Positions 17,979 through 29,638 of a stretch of 64,000 nt of DNA are shown piece by piece. The notes under the pieces are model-generated. The model did no database searches and was not told the DNA's origin. It saw only the letters and a program-made list of their open reading frames with translations. The position numbers and the translations under genes were made by a program. Source of the stretch: Antechinus flavipes. Taxonomy: Eukaryota. The stretch spans positions 623,782,001 through 623,846,000 of the forward strand of contig NC_067400.1 in assembly GCF_016432865.1 (NCBI RefSeq). Direction: 5' to 3'. Every line of letters starts with the position of its first letter. The stretch's first letter is position 1.

Positions 17979-18153
17979 ACCAACGGCCGAGACGGGTCCT
18001 CTGCTACCCAGAGGGAAACTGAGGCTTACGGGCCAGGATGCCATGACTTACAGCCCCTTCAATAAACATTTTTATTTGGTTTTCCACTTTTTCTTTAAAA
18101 ACTGCAAGAGAAAACTAAAAGGGGAAAGGGTAGTGGACCTTGGGGAGGCTCCA

Positions 18154-21100
18154 TCACGTGGACAGCACCCCACTCTTCTCCCCCTTGACCTTGAGGAACT
18201 CGGCCATGCTGGAAAAGTACTTCTGGTTGGCCTCAGCCACCTTCTTCTCGGCGGCCTGCGGGTTCACGATCTCCAGACCCTGGGGAGGGGGTGGGAGGGG
18301 CGCTGAAGGGGCTGGGGGGCAGCCCCCACCCTTAGGTTGTTCTCCTCGGGCCACCTCTAGGCCAACCCCTCCCCCCCAAGTATCACACACACGCCCCTCC
18401 CCCAGGCCTCCATTCCCCTGCTGACCCCGCAGCTTGGTCACCCCAGGGGCCTGAGGCAGTACCTGCAAGGGCGTGAAGGCCACGCTGGACGCAGTCCCTG
18501 AGGACCGGTCTCGAATGGTAGACTTGCCCCCGTAGACCACACTCTGCTTCTGCAAGGTCCGCTGCAAGGTGCAAGAGAATAAGATGGACCCCGGCTCCCC
18601 CTGGGCAGGGTCTGTTTCGGGGTCCCCAGGGGGGCCACAGTCCCAGCCCCGCCCATCCCCCGCCCCAGCACCTGGAGGGTCTTGGAGATCCGGGCCTTGG
18701 TGGCTTCGTTGACTTGGGTCTGGCGCACGCGCCCGCTGCCCGACTTGCCCAAGTGGCCCAGGCTGAAGCCCAAGTCCTCCTGGTAAGCATCCTCCTCAAT
18801 CTAGGGGGACAGGAAGGCGCCATGAGAGCCCAGCCGTCGCAGGAGGGGGAGGGCAGGTTCCCCGGGGGCCCCAGAAGGCCTCACCTCCCCAAAGCTCATA
18901 CGGTTGGCCTGTTTGCGGATCTCCGTGAGCCCCAGACGCTCCTTCATCTTCCGGTACCTGGGAAGGGGCAGAGGGAAGTAGGATGAAGAGGGGGAGCCCC
19001 AGAGGCAGGACCCTCCCAGGGCAGGGCCCGGGGTCCTCACCTGCGGCCACCGCGCTTCTTCCTCTGTCCGTCCAGTGGAGCGGGCAGCGGCTTCACCTGC
19101 TTCACGGGGGGCGGCTCCTGCCACTTGTCGAATTTTCGCTCGATCTCATCCTTGAGGTCATAGCCCACCTGGGGGGAGGAGCTTGAGGAAGTGCCGCAGA
19201 GCCGGGGAGGGGAAAGGGCGCTCCCAGAGGCAGGGTTATTGGGGCACCCATGGGGGCACCCATGGGCACACTCGCCAGTCCGAGCCTTCATTTCCCAAGG
19301 TGTAAAATGTCACCAGCGAACCCCAACCCTCCAGGAGTTCCCGGCAGGTACAGGGCCCACCCCCGGATGCCCCAAGGAAAGGAAGAGCGGCAGCAGCTCC
19401 TCCATGGCCTCCCTACCTTTCCCTCGGGGCTCTCGTGGAAACTGTCCACTCGCGCAGCCAGGGTGCACTTGGCAGCCACCAAGCGAGCCGCCTTCCGCCG
19501 CAGGTCCTGGCGGGGGGGGGGAGGGAGACACTGTCACGGGGCCAGGGACCTTGCCCCCACCCCTCCCGGCCCATCCTCTGCCCAGGACAGAGGCTCAGGC
19601 GGACAAGCCCGAGCCCCGGGAGGGACGCCGGACCTCGGACTCGGCCCCCACATCTCACACGAGTGCGTGCCTTTGGCATCGCGGAAGATGGGCTCCTTCT
19701 GCCCGGGGGCTGGGCCCCAGGCTTGGGCAGAGCGAGCGTCCAGGGGCCACAGGGGCCGAGAGTCCGCCAGTGGACGGACCACCAGCTTCGGGGTGCCTCA
19801 GCCTGCCTGGGCGTGGGCATCGGGACATGGGGGGGAGCAAGGACAAGGACCAGCGGCCCTCGGCTCCCCAGGAGATGTGGGGACGGCCTCACGGCACGAG
19901 CCCAGACGGCTCCGCCCACCCGCGTGCAGACACGTGCACACGCTCACTCGCGGGGCACTGGGGCCGAGCAGGGGCTCTCACCGGGGGCAGCGACTGCACG
20001 ATGTCGCTGTGGTAGATGTAGCCGGTGTGCGGGAGCACCGAGGTGGACGAGAAGCCCGAGAGGGTCTTGCGCTGGGCCCCCAGCAGCATGATGTTGCAGG
20101 CCGGCATCTTGGAGAGGTTGGTCAGGCCGCCAGCCACGCCTGGAGGGGCAGGAAGGTCGTCAGAGGCGGCCCCTCCCCTCAGCGACCCCTTTCTCCCCTC
20201 CCCGGGGGCCCCAGCCTCACCCATGATCTTGGCGGCGGCCGAGGCCCCGATGATGAGGGAGAGGTTGGGCGCGATGAAGGACATCCGAGACTCCACGTAC
20301 TCGTAGATGCGGTGCTTGGAGGCGTTCAGCTCCAGGGCCATGTCACAGGCCTCCTCCAGGCGCTCCAGCTCCTCCTCCGACAGCTGCTGCCTGCGGGGCC
20401 GGGGCGTCAGGGGCCGGCCCTCCCAGGGCTCTGGCGGTCAAAGCCCCCCTCCCAGCTCCAGCCGGACCGGATGAGCGTGGGGCTCTCGCCGGCCAGGGGG
20501 CCAGAGGCCGCAGGCTGCCCCTAAACTCTGTCTCGGGAACGTGGGCGTCCACCCCACGTCCCGACCTCCCAGGCTCTCCAGGAGGGAAGCAAGCAGCGGA
20601 GCAATCGCCCCCCAACTATGCTTAGGGAAACCGAGGCCGAGAGCGGGAGACGGCCTGGGCCGGCCCCCCCACGTACCCCTGCGTAGTCGAGGCCGTCACG
20701 CTGACCACCATGATGGTGGCGTTGGTCAGGATCTGCTGCAAGGTCTCATTGTTCTTACACTTGTCCAGGCTGTTGCCGAGTTCCTGCGAGGTAAAGGGGA
20801 GGACTCCAAGGGTCAGGGGGCGGGTCGCTCTGCCTGAGCCAGTCCACGGTCCAAGCCCTGCTGGACCTTAAGGTCTCTCGGACAAAGAGCTTGGAAAAGC
20901 CCGCTCCAGCCTCGGCTCCTGCCTCCCTCAGACTGGGCACCCCTTAGGACAGACCTGTCTCCCCGCTTCCATCTCCCGCAGCGCCACGTCCCTCCCTCCC
21001 TCCTGCCCTCTCACGTCCCTCCCTCCCTCCTGCCCTCTCACGACCCCCCCTCCCTCCTACATCCCCTCTCCCTCCTGTCCTCCTACGTCCCCCCCTCCCT

Positions 21101-22063
21101 CCTGCCCTCCCACATCCCCCCTCCCTCCTGCCCTCCCACGTACCCCCCCTCCCTCCCTGGCCTGCTCACCTTGACCGTCCGGATATAATCCAAGGCATTT
21201 GGAACGAGAGACTCAAGTTCTGGGAAGCGCTTTGAGTATTTGTCCCGGATAAATTTGTGAATGATATCTTCAAAGAGGGGAGATGGCCATGGGTGGTCTC
21301 CCCCGGGAGTCCCCTCCCCCTCCGGCTGCTCCTCTCCGCCCTTCCTCCCTTCTTCCCTCACTCACTCACTCAGCTCATTCTCAATCTCCACAGTCAGGTT
21401 GTTGGCATCCACGATCACCCGGTACTCGGGGGCGGCCTCCACCGGCCCGGTCACTGTCCGGAGAGCCCAGGTCAGCCGGCACCGCACTCCCCCCCACCCA
21501 CCCAGGGCAGAGGAGAATCCCCAGGAAACAGAGCGGGCAGCTCGGAGGAGCTGATGAAGAGGCCCAGCCACACGCCCGCCCCAGAAAGCGTCTCCGAGCC
21601 GGGAAACGAGCAGGCCGGAGCCCTGCCCCCGTTTTCAGCACGTGGTCAGCGGGACCGCAGGTTGTCCCGAAGGCTTTCTTTGTGGGTCTGCGGGTTCTGG
21701 CCGTCCCACCCCGGGGCCCCGCCACGGCGCCGCGGCCCCGGTACCTTCGGAAGCCTTGGCCTGCTTGCTGACGTACTCTTCAATCTTCACCATGATCTCG
21801 GCAAACTGAGGAGAAGAAGGTCCCGGTCAGAGCCGCGGGCCCGGCCCCTCCCCAGGCCCCCCTCGGGCCCCCGGTTCCCCCCTCACCATCTTGCTGTCCC
21901 ACAGCTTGGCGATGCTCTTCACCGAGTCCCCCGACAGGTCCAGCTGCATCTCCTCCTGCACATCTTCGATGGGCGGCTCCTCCTCCTCCTCCCCAAAGCT
22001 CCCGCCCTCCTCCTCCTCGGCCGCCTCCTCCAGGTCAGCCAGGAGCTCGTCCGCCAGCGACAT
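18154..22063 (-). CDS. PRPF31: U4/U6 snRNP protein Prp31, 13 coding exons, 499 aa
   Basis: Exons 22063-21887, 21805-21745, 21453-21370, 21267-21170, 20783-20677, 20390-20221, 20139-19982, 19506-19417, 19168-19041, 18957-18885, 18800-18672, 18561-18463, 18279-18154; total 1500 nt. Begins MSLADELLADLEE, contains the Nop domain and the NLS RKKRGGRR, ends KVKGEKSGVLST*. Minus-strand AATAAA at 18071-18076. Confidence 0.98.
20988..21158. repeat. ~24-bp pyrimidine-rich array in a PRPF31 intron
   Basis: Repeated ccctccctcctgccctcYcacRtc units. Confidence 0.85.
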
Positions 22064-23107
22064 TCTGGGGCCTCGAAGCAGAGAGGGAGCCCTAAGAGCC
22101 CCGCGGACACCTCCAACACCCCCAGCTTTGTAGGACTCCTGCGCAGCCGAGGTCAAAGCCCATGCTTGTGTCCCAGGGCAGGCAGGGGGCGGGGACGCTG
22201 ACAGAGAGGAGCATCGGGCAGGCCCGGAGGAGGGAGGGGGAGCCGGAGGGCAGCCTCTCGGCCACAGGGGCACACGGGGAGGAGGCAGAGCTAGAACTCG
22301 GGGCCAGTCCTCCCCCGCAGCACAGAGGCCGAGCAGGAAGGAAGCAGCCCCGAGAGACAGGGAGTCAGGGAGGCGGCCTCAGGCAGCAGAGACAGGGAGG
22401 CCCGGCCTCAGGCAGCAGAGATTAGACAAATTCTGGGGCAAAGTTGTGAAAAACAGACAAAGAAAGCTAAGGACCGCTAGGGAGAGAGAAACCAGGAGAG
22501 GGAGCCTGAGGGGCAGACAAAGGCCTGGGCAGGACAGAATGGGGATGGGGGATGGGGGATGGAGGCCAAGCCAGGGGAGGGCACCCAAGAGGGGCTGCCC
22601 ACCCCCGTGTCACCATCTGAAGGACCAACCTCTCGGAAGCCAGGAGCACTCACATACAGGCTCCAAATTTGGGCTGGGGTCAGGATGGAGCCCAAGACCT
22701 AGGTGCTCCCGAGTGAGCTGGGGTGGCCAGGCCTCTGGCCAGCCGGCCAGAAGAAAGGCATCCAGGCACACCGCCCAGACCTCCACTGCCCACACTCCTA
22801 ATCCTCCCTTCCATCTCAGCCTTCCCCTCGGGCCTCATCCCCTGGACATGCTCCTCCCCGGCCTTGCCCCTCCTCTGCCACTCGCTGTCCTCCTGGAGAA
22901 AGGACGCCCTTTCACCTCTCCCTGTTCCTCCAGGACACTGTCCCTGGCCCCCTCAGAGCCAGGAACCTCGATGGAGGGGGCTTCCCAGCTGCGCTCTCCC
23001 CACAGCTCTTGGGACCCTTTCTCTCCTCTCTACAGAGATCTCTTCAGCCCCCATCCCTATGACCTGCGACCCAGGCTCTCTGCTGAGATGCAACCCCAAA
23101 CCACCAT

Positions 23108-23603
23108 CTCGGGGCAGTTCCCCGGGGGTCCCAGGGACCTCCCACTGGTCACCATCACCCGAGGGGCAGCTCCCCCCGGAGTCTCAGGGACCTCCCACTG
23201 GTCACCATCGCCGGTGGGGCAGCTCCCTGGGGGTCTCAGGGCCCTCCCACTGGTCACCATCGCCCGAGGGGCAGCTCCCCGGGGGTCTCAGGGACCTCCC
23301 ACTGGTCACCATCGCCGGTGGGGCAGCTCCGCCAGGGTCCCAGGGACCTCCCACTGGTCACCATCGCCCGAGGGGCAGCTCCCCCCGGGTCTCAGGGACC
23401 TCCCACTGGTCACCATCGCCCGAGGGGCAGCTCCCCCGGGGTCTCAGGGACCTCCCACTGGTCACCATCACCCATGGGGCAGCTCCCTGGGGGTCTCAGG
23501 GCCCTCCCACTGGTCACCATCGCCCGTGGGGCAGCTCCCCCCGGGTCTCAGGGACCTCCCACTGGTCACCATCGCCCGAGGGGCAGCTTCCCCGGGGTCT
23601 CAA
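23108..23603. repeat. 52-bp minisatellite in PRPF31 intron 1
   Basis: Core cccactggtc at 23141, 23194, 23246, 23298, 23350, 23402, 23454, 23506, 23558. Confidence 0.97.
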
Positions 23604-24213
23604 GGCACAAACTCGACACACCCCAAGCCGAGCGACGACCCCCCCTCCAGGCCCCCCAGAATCCACTGCCCGTGGCGTGGCCCCTGGGAGAAGCTGCCCC
23701 GGAACGAGCCGCCTCTGTCTCCGTGCCTGTCAGACGAGGGCCCTTCCCCTGAGCGGCGTGATCCTGCCCGCCCACCCTTCCCGCAAACTTCCCGCAGGGT
23801 CCCCCCCCCCAGGGGCCCCTCCTCATTTTCCCCAGGGCCCCGCCCCCCCCAGGTCCCCGCGAAGCGTCAGAGGAGGACGGGGAGCCTAGTCCGCCTGGAA
23901 GCCCCTTTCCCCCGCGGGCCGAGGAAAGTCACCCTCCCCACCCCGCGACAAGGCTGCAGGCCCGGAGCCCCCGACCCTGGCCCCGAGGCCGCCCCGCTGG
24001 GCACACCTCGGCCCTCCGCCTCCCGCCCCCGCGCACTTGCCCGGGGCCCGGGGCCCTGTCCCATGCAAAACGGTTGGGACTTGCTCCCGCGCTGGGCGCG
24101 CCCTGCGAATTATCTCCGGTTTGCTTAAATGTGAACACGTCGAGCCCCCACGGAGTGTAAGGTGCCGGGGGGAGGGGACGTAGGCCGCCCCCCGACCCCC
24201 AACCGCCACTCAC

Positions 24214-24730
24214 CTACTACCTCCTCACAAGCCGGTGCGAGATCTCTGGAAAAGACGTCGCGGGAAAGTGACGTCCTGGCTACCCGGCTCCTCCTCGCGC
24301 ATGCTCCAGACCCTCAAGCGGAGAAGGAAAAGAGGAGGCGCACAGCTATGACGACAACAGCAAGCGCTAATTGGTTCCCCGGAAGAACCAATAAAAATCG
24401 GCGGCGGCGGCTGCACCAAGACGTGGGGGTCGAGTCCAGCCGAGGGATAGCTGCGGGGCGCTCCGGCCCCTCTGCAGGCCGAGTAAGTTGGAAGCCCTGG
24501 ATGTCTCTGAGAGGGATGACGACCCGGACCGCCGGGCCTCTGGCTCGTTGGATCCCCGCTGGGAGGCGAAGGATTCAGCGTCTTGGACCTTGGGGCCAAC
24601 AGGGCCGGGGAGAACTGCAACTCCCAGGAGAAGCCGGGGCCCAGGCCTGGGCTGTGCAAGGGCCGGCTGCCCCAGAGCCTCCTGGGACTTGTAGTTCCCA
24701 GAGCGCTCCAGCCAAGATTTGGGGCTGTAG
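24214..24730. promoter_or_regulatory. Bidirectional PRPF31/TFPT promoter, including probable PRPF31 non-coding exon 1
   Basis: Head-to-head gene arrangement; minus-strand GTGAGT donor at 24213; CCGGAAG ETS motif and CCAAT near 24370-24395; ZNF143-type ACTRCAANTCCCAG motifs at 24614-24630 (+) and about 24679-24697 (-). Confidence 0.7.
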
Positions 24731-25102
24731 GTGCCGGATTTGAAGAGGTTGCGCCGGGTCCCCAGAGGAGGGGACGTTAGGGTCCGCAGAGGAGGGGAGT
24801 GAAAGATCATGGAAGAGACGCCAGGGTCCCGAGAGGAGAGTGAGGGAAGGTTGGCAGAGAAAGCCCTGGGCCCCTAGAGGAGGGAGGCAGAAAAGGGTTC
24901 CGAGAGGAAAGGGGGGGGGCCCGAGGGAGACAAGGCCAGGAAGGAGCTCCGGGGGCTCCGAGGGGGGAACGCCGAGGCTCCCCGGGAAAAGGAGAACGGC
25001 ATGGGGGTCCGCAGAGAAAAAGCGGGTCGAGGGGAAGAAACCGGGGAGGAGGCGATGGGGTCCCCAAAACCGCAGCCCTGACCCTCTGCTCCCCGCAGCG
25101 CC

Positions 25103-26846
25103 ATGGCGGGCGTGGGCTTCGAGGAGTTCTCGGCGCCGCCGGGCTCCGAGCTGGCGCTGCCCCCGCTCTTCGGCGGCCACATCCTGGAGTCGGAGCTGGA
25201 GACCGAGGTGGAGTTCGTGGGCGGAGCCCTGGGGGGGCCCGGGCTCCGGGAGCGGGAGGAAGAGGAGGAGGCCGCCCGGGGCAGGCGGCGCCGCCAGCGC
25301 GAGCTGAGCCGCCGCAAGTACCAGGCGCTGGGCCGGCGCTGCCGGGAAATCGAGCAGGTCAGAGCCCCTGGGCGCTCCCCCACTGCTTCCCGTTGTCGGA
25401 GAAAGCCCTGTTGGAGCCCGTTTCTGGGACGGAAATGTTGTCACGTGACGGGGTGGGTGGCCCAGGAGGGGGCGGGACCCTCTGACCCTTTCTGTCCCCT
25501 CAGGTGAACGAGCGGGTCCTGAACAGGCTTCACCAGGTGCAGAGAATCACAAGGAGGCTCAGGCAGGAGCGGAGGTAAAGGGGCGCCGGGCCTTGGGGCA
25601 CAGGTAGGGTAAAGCCTCTGCTTTCAGAGCCGCGGCTCCCTGCCAGGAGGCTGGGCCCACCGAGGGACCGAGGTCAGTGGTTCCCGAGCAGCTCTGCCAG
25701 GCAGATCCCCGCTGGGAAACCTTAAAGGGCTCCCCGGGGCCATCGGCCCCAGATGGGCCCCCAGCTGCTTCCCCCCGGTTCCAGTCCCAGGCCTGGAGAC
25801 CCTCGGCTCCCGGGGACTCTCCCCCTCCTCCCTCTAACGGCCCTTCCCTTCCTTGGGAAAGCCCCGGTGCCAGCCCCCCTGCCCTCCAGGTTCTGCACCC
25901 CCCAGTGCACGCAGTAAGCACCGGACACGGTCTAACAGGAGACTGTTAACGAGCAGATGGAGCTTCACGTGGCGGGGACTAGGGGCACCACGGCTGCTCT
26001 CCTAGGACCAACGGGGAGCTGGGGCTGAAGGCGGGACCAGGGGACCGATGGGAGGGGATTCAGGGAGGACTCTAGGGCTTCCATCTTCAGAGAACGGGTC
26101 CTCCGACAGCCGGAGCAGACCGAGGTTGTAGAGGGAAGGTGGGGGTAAGGAGGGCAGAGCCACGAGTCCCACCCACAGCGCAGGGGTCGAGTGACACAAC
26201 AGTGACAGGAGCTGGTTTTAAGACCCCTGAAAAAGCAGAGGGAGAACCAGCTTCTCCTGTCCCGGCCTCAGGTTTCTGATGCGAGTCCTGGACTCCTATG
26301 GAGACGATTACCGGAAGAGCCAGTTCACTATCGTCCTGGAGGTGAGGCCTTGGGGCCCGGGGGGTGGGGGGCCTCTGGTCCTAGAAGGGGAGGACACCGG
26401 CTCCTTGCCTTGATCCCACTGCAGGACGAGGGCAGCCAAGGCCCCGACGCCCCCACCCCAGGAAATGCAGAGAACGAGCCACCAGAAAAGGAAAGCCTGT
26501 CCCCTCCCCCTCGGCGGCCCCCCGAGCCTGGCAGTCCCCCACCGGGGGAAGGCCCCAGCGGAAAGAAAAGGCGGAGGGCGCCCCGGGATGGGCGCCGAGG
26601 TGGGGTACTGCTAACCCCAGAGCTGGACCCGGGCCAGGTAAGCACCTAGAGACACGGGATGGGGAGGGGGGCGAGCCCAGGACTCGCGGCCTCACCTTGT
26701 TCCTCATCCCTCAGATCAAAGTGGAGGATGACTTTGGCTTCGAGCCAGAAGAGGCGCTCACCCCAGGATGGGTAGCCCGAGGCCCGGACAAGCTGCTGTC
26801 CTACCCCACTTTGGCCAGCCCTCCCTTTGACATCACCCCCCAATAA
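25103..26846 (+). CDS. TFPT: TCF3 fusion partner / INO80 complex subunit F (Amida), about 246 aa
   Basis: Exons 25103-25357, 25504-25574, 26272-26341, 26425-26637, 26715-26846. Translation [38 protein letters not shown]...[13 protein letters not shown]...[14 protein letters not shown]. The TAA stop lies inside AATAAA at 26842-26847. Confidence 0.96.
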
Positions 26847-26941
26847 AGCTTTGTCTCCCCTCCACTGCCGCACACGGCCCGGCTGAGACTCGAAGATAAG
26901 ACGAGGATATTTATTAGGGGGATGGGGGGCAGAGGGAGGCT

Positions 26942-28349
26942 TCACAGATTCTTGAGCCACTGGAGCGAAGGGCCCTCGGGTTCCTGAGGATGGCTGGGGA
27001 TGTCATGCATCTTGCCATTATCTCGAACAGGAACTAGGGGTGGGAAAGAAGGAAGAAAGCTCACTGGCCTGGTCCCTCTTTCCACCCCCCGCCCCCCACG
27101 CCAAGGCCCATTTTCCAGGCAGGTACTACTCACCAGGGTAGTTGTAAGGGGTCGCCTGGTTGATCATGCCTGAGTACTTGGTATAGGGGCTTAAAACAGG
27201 GAGGATCAGAGCTGCCGGGGAGAAGGGCAGAGTTAGAGTCTGGGGGCCTCCAGGGAACGGCAAAGCAAAGGGGAAGCGGCCCTGCCCCCACCTCCAAGAG
27301 CTCCCTTCTAGCTGGGGGAGAGGTGGGAAGTGCATCCAGAGCACCGGGTGTCCAGGGAGGGGCTACAAGGGGGCTGAGCTCAGTGGCACCCTTCCCACCC
27401 TTCTAGCTGGGGGCAAGGGGGGGTTGAGCTCAGTGACACCCTTCCCCCCCTTCTAGCTGGGGGCGAGGGGGGCTGAGGTCAGTGGCACCCCCTTTCTCTT
27501 CTAGCTGGGGGCGAGGGGGGCTGAGCTCAGTGACACCCTTCCCACCCTTCTAGCTGGGGGCGAGGGGGCTGAGGTCAGTGACACCCTTCCCACCCTTCTA
27601 GCTGGGGGCGAGGGGGCTGAGGTCAGTGACACCCTTCCCACCCTTCTAGCTGGGGGCGAGGGGGCTGAGGTCAGTGACACCCTTCCCACCCTTCTAGCTG
27701 GGGGCGAGAGGGCTGAGGTCAGTGGCACCCTTCCCACCCTTCTAGCTGGGGGCGAGGGGGCTGAGGTCAGTGGCACCCTTCCCACCCTTCTAGCTGGGGG
27801 CGAGGGGGCTGAGGTCAGTGACACCCCCTTTCTCTTCTAGCTGGGGGCGAGGGGGCTGAGCTCAGTGACACCCCCTTTCTCTTCTAGCAGAGGGTGGAGG
27901 GGGCCAGGAGGCATCCAGATCTCGGGGTACACAGGGAGGCTCTAGAAGGGGGGCTGAGGTCAGTGACACACTCACTCACGCCCTGTTCTGCGACCTTGAC
28001 CCTGCCCCTCCCCAAACCCGGGACCCAGGGCTCACCCGTGGTGCCGATGGCGAAGGACGCGACCAACACGGGCTCCTTGGCCCAGGCATCCTTCAGGAAC
28101 CGTCCCAGTTCTAGCGGGGTAAAGACAAGATCTTTTCACTTTAAACTCAGACCCAGCCACACGTCCCGACCCCCGACCCCTCCATTCGCGATCTTGACCC
28201 GAACCACCTCACTGGGGTGGCCACAGACCCTCTCCCCGCGCGCGACCTCGGGCCCCATCTGCTCGGAGCTGTGCGCGCCGCCCGCAGACGCCCCCGTCCC
28301 CAGCCCAAACCCTTCCCGGCCCCAGACGCCCGGACTCACTGCCCGCCAT
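26942..28349 (-). CDS. NDUFA3: NADH:ubiquinone oxidoreductase subunit A3, 84 aa
   Basis: Exons 28349-28340, 28110-28036, 27211-27134, 27033-26942. Translation [84 protein letters not shown]. Minus-strand AATAAA at 26910-26915. Confidence 0.97.
27300..27890. repeat. 48-bp minisatellite in NDUFA3 intron 2
   Basis: ttctagctgg at 27401, 27451, 27499, 27548, 27596, 27644, 27692, 27740, 27788, 27835 and a variant at 27882; about 12 copies including degenerate edges. Confidence 0.97.
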
Positions 28350-28404
28350 GTTAGCTAGTTTCCCTTCACTGCAGGGGCGGCTGGGATTTGTGTCTGTAGG
28401 AGCC

Positions 28405-28575
28405 AAGGCGCATGCGTGTTTGTCCCTCCGCCTCCCCTTCTGCAATGCGCATGTGCGCACCAGATTAGTTCTCGGCCCACTTCCCTCCGGAGCAGGTCCA
28501 ACAAGAGCATGCGCACTTGAAGTCCGCGTTCCTGGGTCGCCCGTTAGTGGAGGAGACCCTTGTGCGCATGCGCTC
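28405..28575. promoter_or_regulatory. NDUFA3 promoter with clustered NRF1-type sites
   Basis: GCGCATGCGT at 28408, TGCGCATGTGCGCA at 28446, GCATGCGCA near 28507 and TGCGCATGCGC at 28563, all upstream of the ATG at 28349. Confidence 0.75.
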
Positions 28576-28835
28576 GAAGTTCCCTGGCGCTCAGTTCCTC
28601 TCCTGCAGTGACTCCCGTCCATTTGACGCCGGCCGGATCTCTCCTCAGCGGCTCCGCAGCGCAGGGTGAGGGCAGGGTGGCCGAGGGCGCCGCTCCGAAG
28701 CCGGGAAATGGATGCGGGGAGGTCTCGGAGGCATGACAGGCCGCCCCTCCCCACATCTCTCCAGCCCGTCACGTTGGAAAAGCGGCTCGCGTCGTCATTC
28801 CCATTTTACTGAGTCGGAAACTGAGGCTCAGTTTC

Positions 28836-29303
28836 TTTTTTTTTTTTTTTTTAATAACTTTTTATTGACAGAACCCATGCCGGGGTCATTTTTTACAGCA
28901 TTATCCCTTGCATTCACTTTTTCGATTTTCCCTCTCCCTCCTTCCACCCCCTCCCCCAGATGGCAAGCAGTCCTTTACATGGTAAACATGTCACAGTATA
29001 TCCCAGATACAACATATTTGTGCAGAACCGAGCAGTTCTCTTGTTGCACAGGGAGAATTGGATTCAGAAGGTATAAGCAACCTGGGAAGAAGAACAAAAA
29101 TGCAAGCAGTTTATATTCATCTCCCAGTGTTCTTTCTTTGGGTGTAGCTGCTTCTGTCCATCTTTGATCCATTAAGGTTCTCTTTATCGAAGAGATCCAC
29201 TTCCATCAGAATACATCCTCAAACAGTATCGTTGCTGACGTATATAATGATCTCCTGGTGCTGCTCATTTCACTCGGCATCAGTTCATGTCAGTCTCGCC
29301 AGT
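28836..29303 (-). mobile_element. 5'-truncated L1 3' end with TSD, inserted in a MIR-like SINE
   Basis: Poly-T followed by L1 3'-UTR sequence shared with the other L1 copies in the window. TSD TGAGGCTCAGTTTC(TTT) at 28822 and 29304. Confidence 0.9.
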
Positions 29304-29638
29304 TGAGGCTCAGTTTCTTTGCAGCGTCCCCAAGGTCGCACAGGCCTAACCCGGGTGGAGCCCGGCTCGCGGGACTCCAATGTTGGCGAGTCGGAAAGAA
29401 TAAAAGCGGACTTCACCCCCACCCCCACCACTCCTCCCCCCCCCCGCCTATTTTGCAAATGAGGGAAGACAGGAGAAACGAGCTAGAGGGGCGCCTCTGC
29501 GGCTGCGCGCCCCGGGCAGGTGGAAGAGACAGCGGGCAGTGCCCGCACCAGGGAGGCACAAAACCCGGGCGGGAGCGTCCTGGGCGACCAGCTAGATCCG
29601 GCTCCTGATTGCGGACGCCCCCCCCCCCCAGCCGCCCT

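Noticed and set aside
23108-23603. CRISPR-like regular repeats (also 27300-27890 and 38547-39130)
   Set aside because: Head-to-tail units with no unique spacers, in a mammalian genome; these are minisatellites.
22446-24128. 560-aa and 388-aa ORFs with repeated peptides
   Set aside because: Produced by the stop-free 52-bp minisatellite in PRPF31 intron 1.
24809-24841. Possible upstream coding exon of TFPT (MEETPGSREE)
   Set aside because: The donor phase (1) does not fit the phase (2) needed to join the ATG at 25103 in frame.
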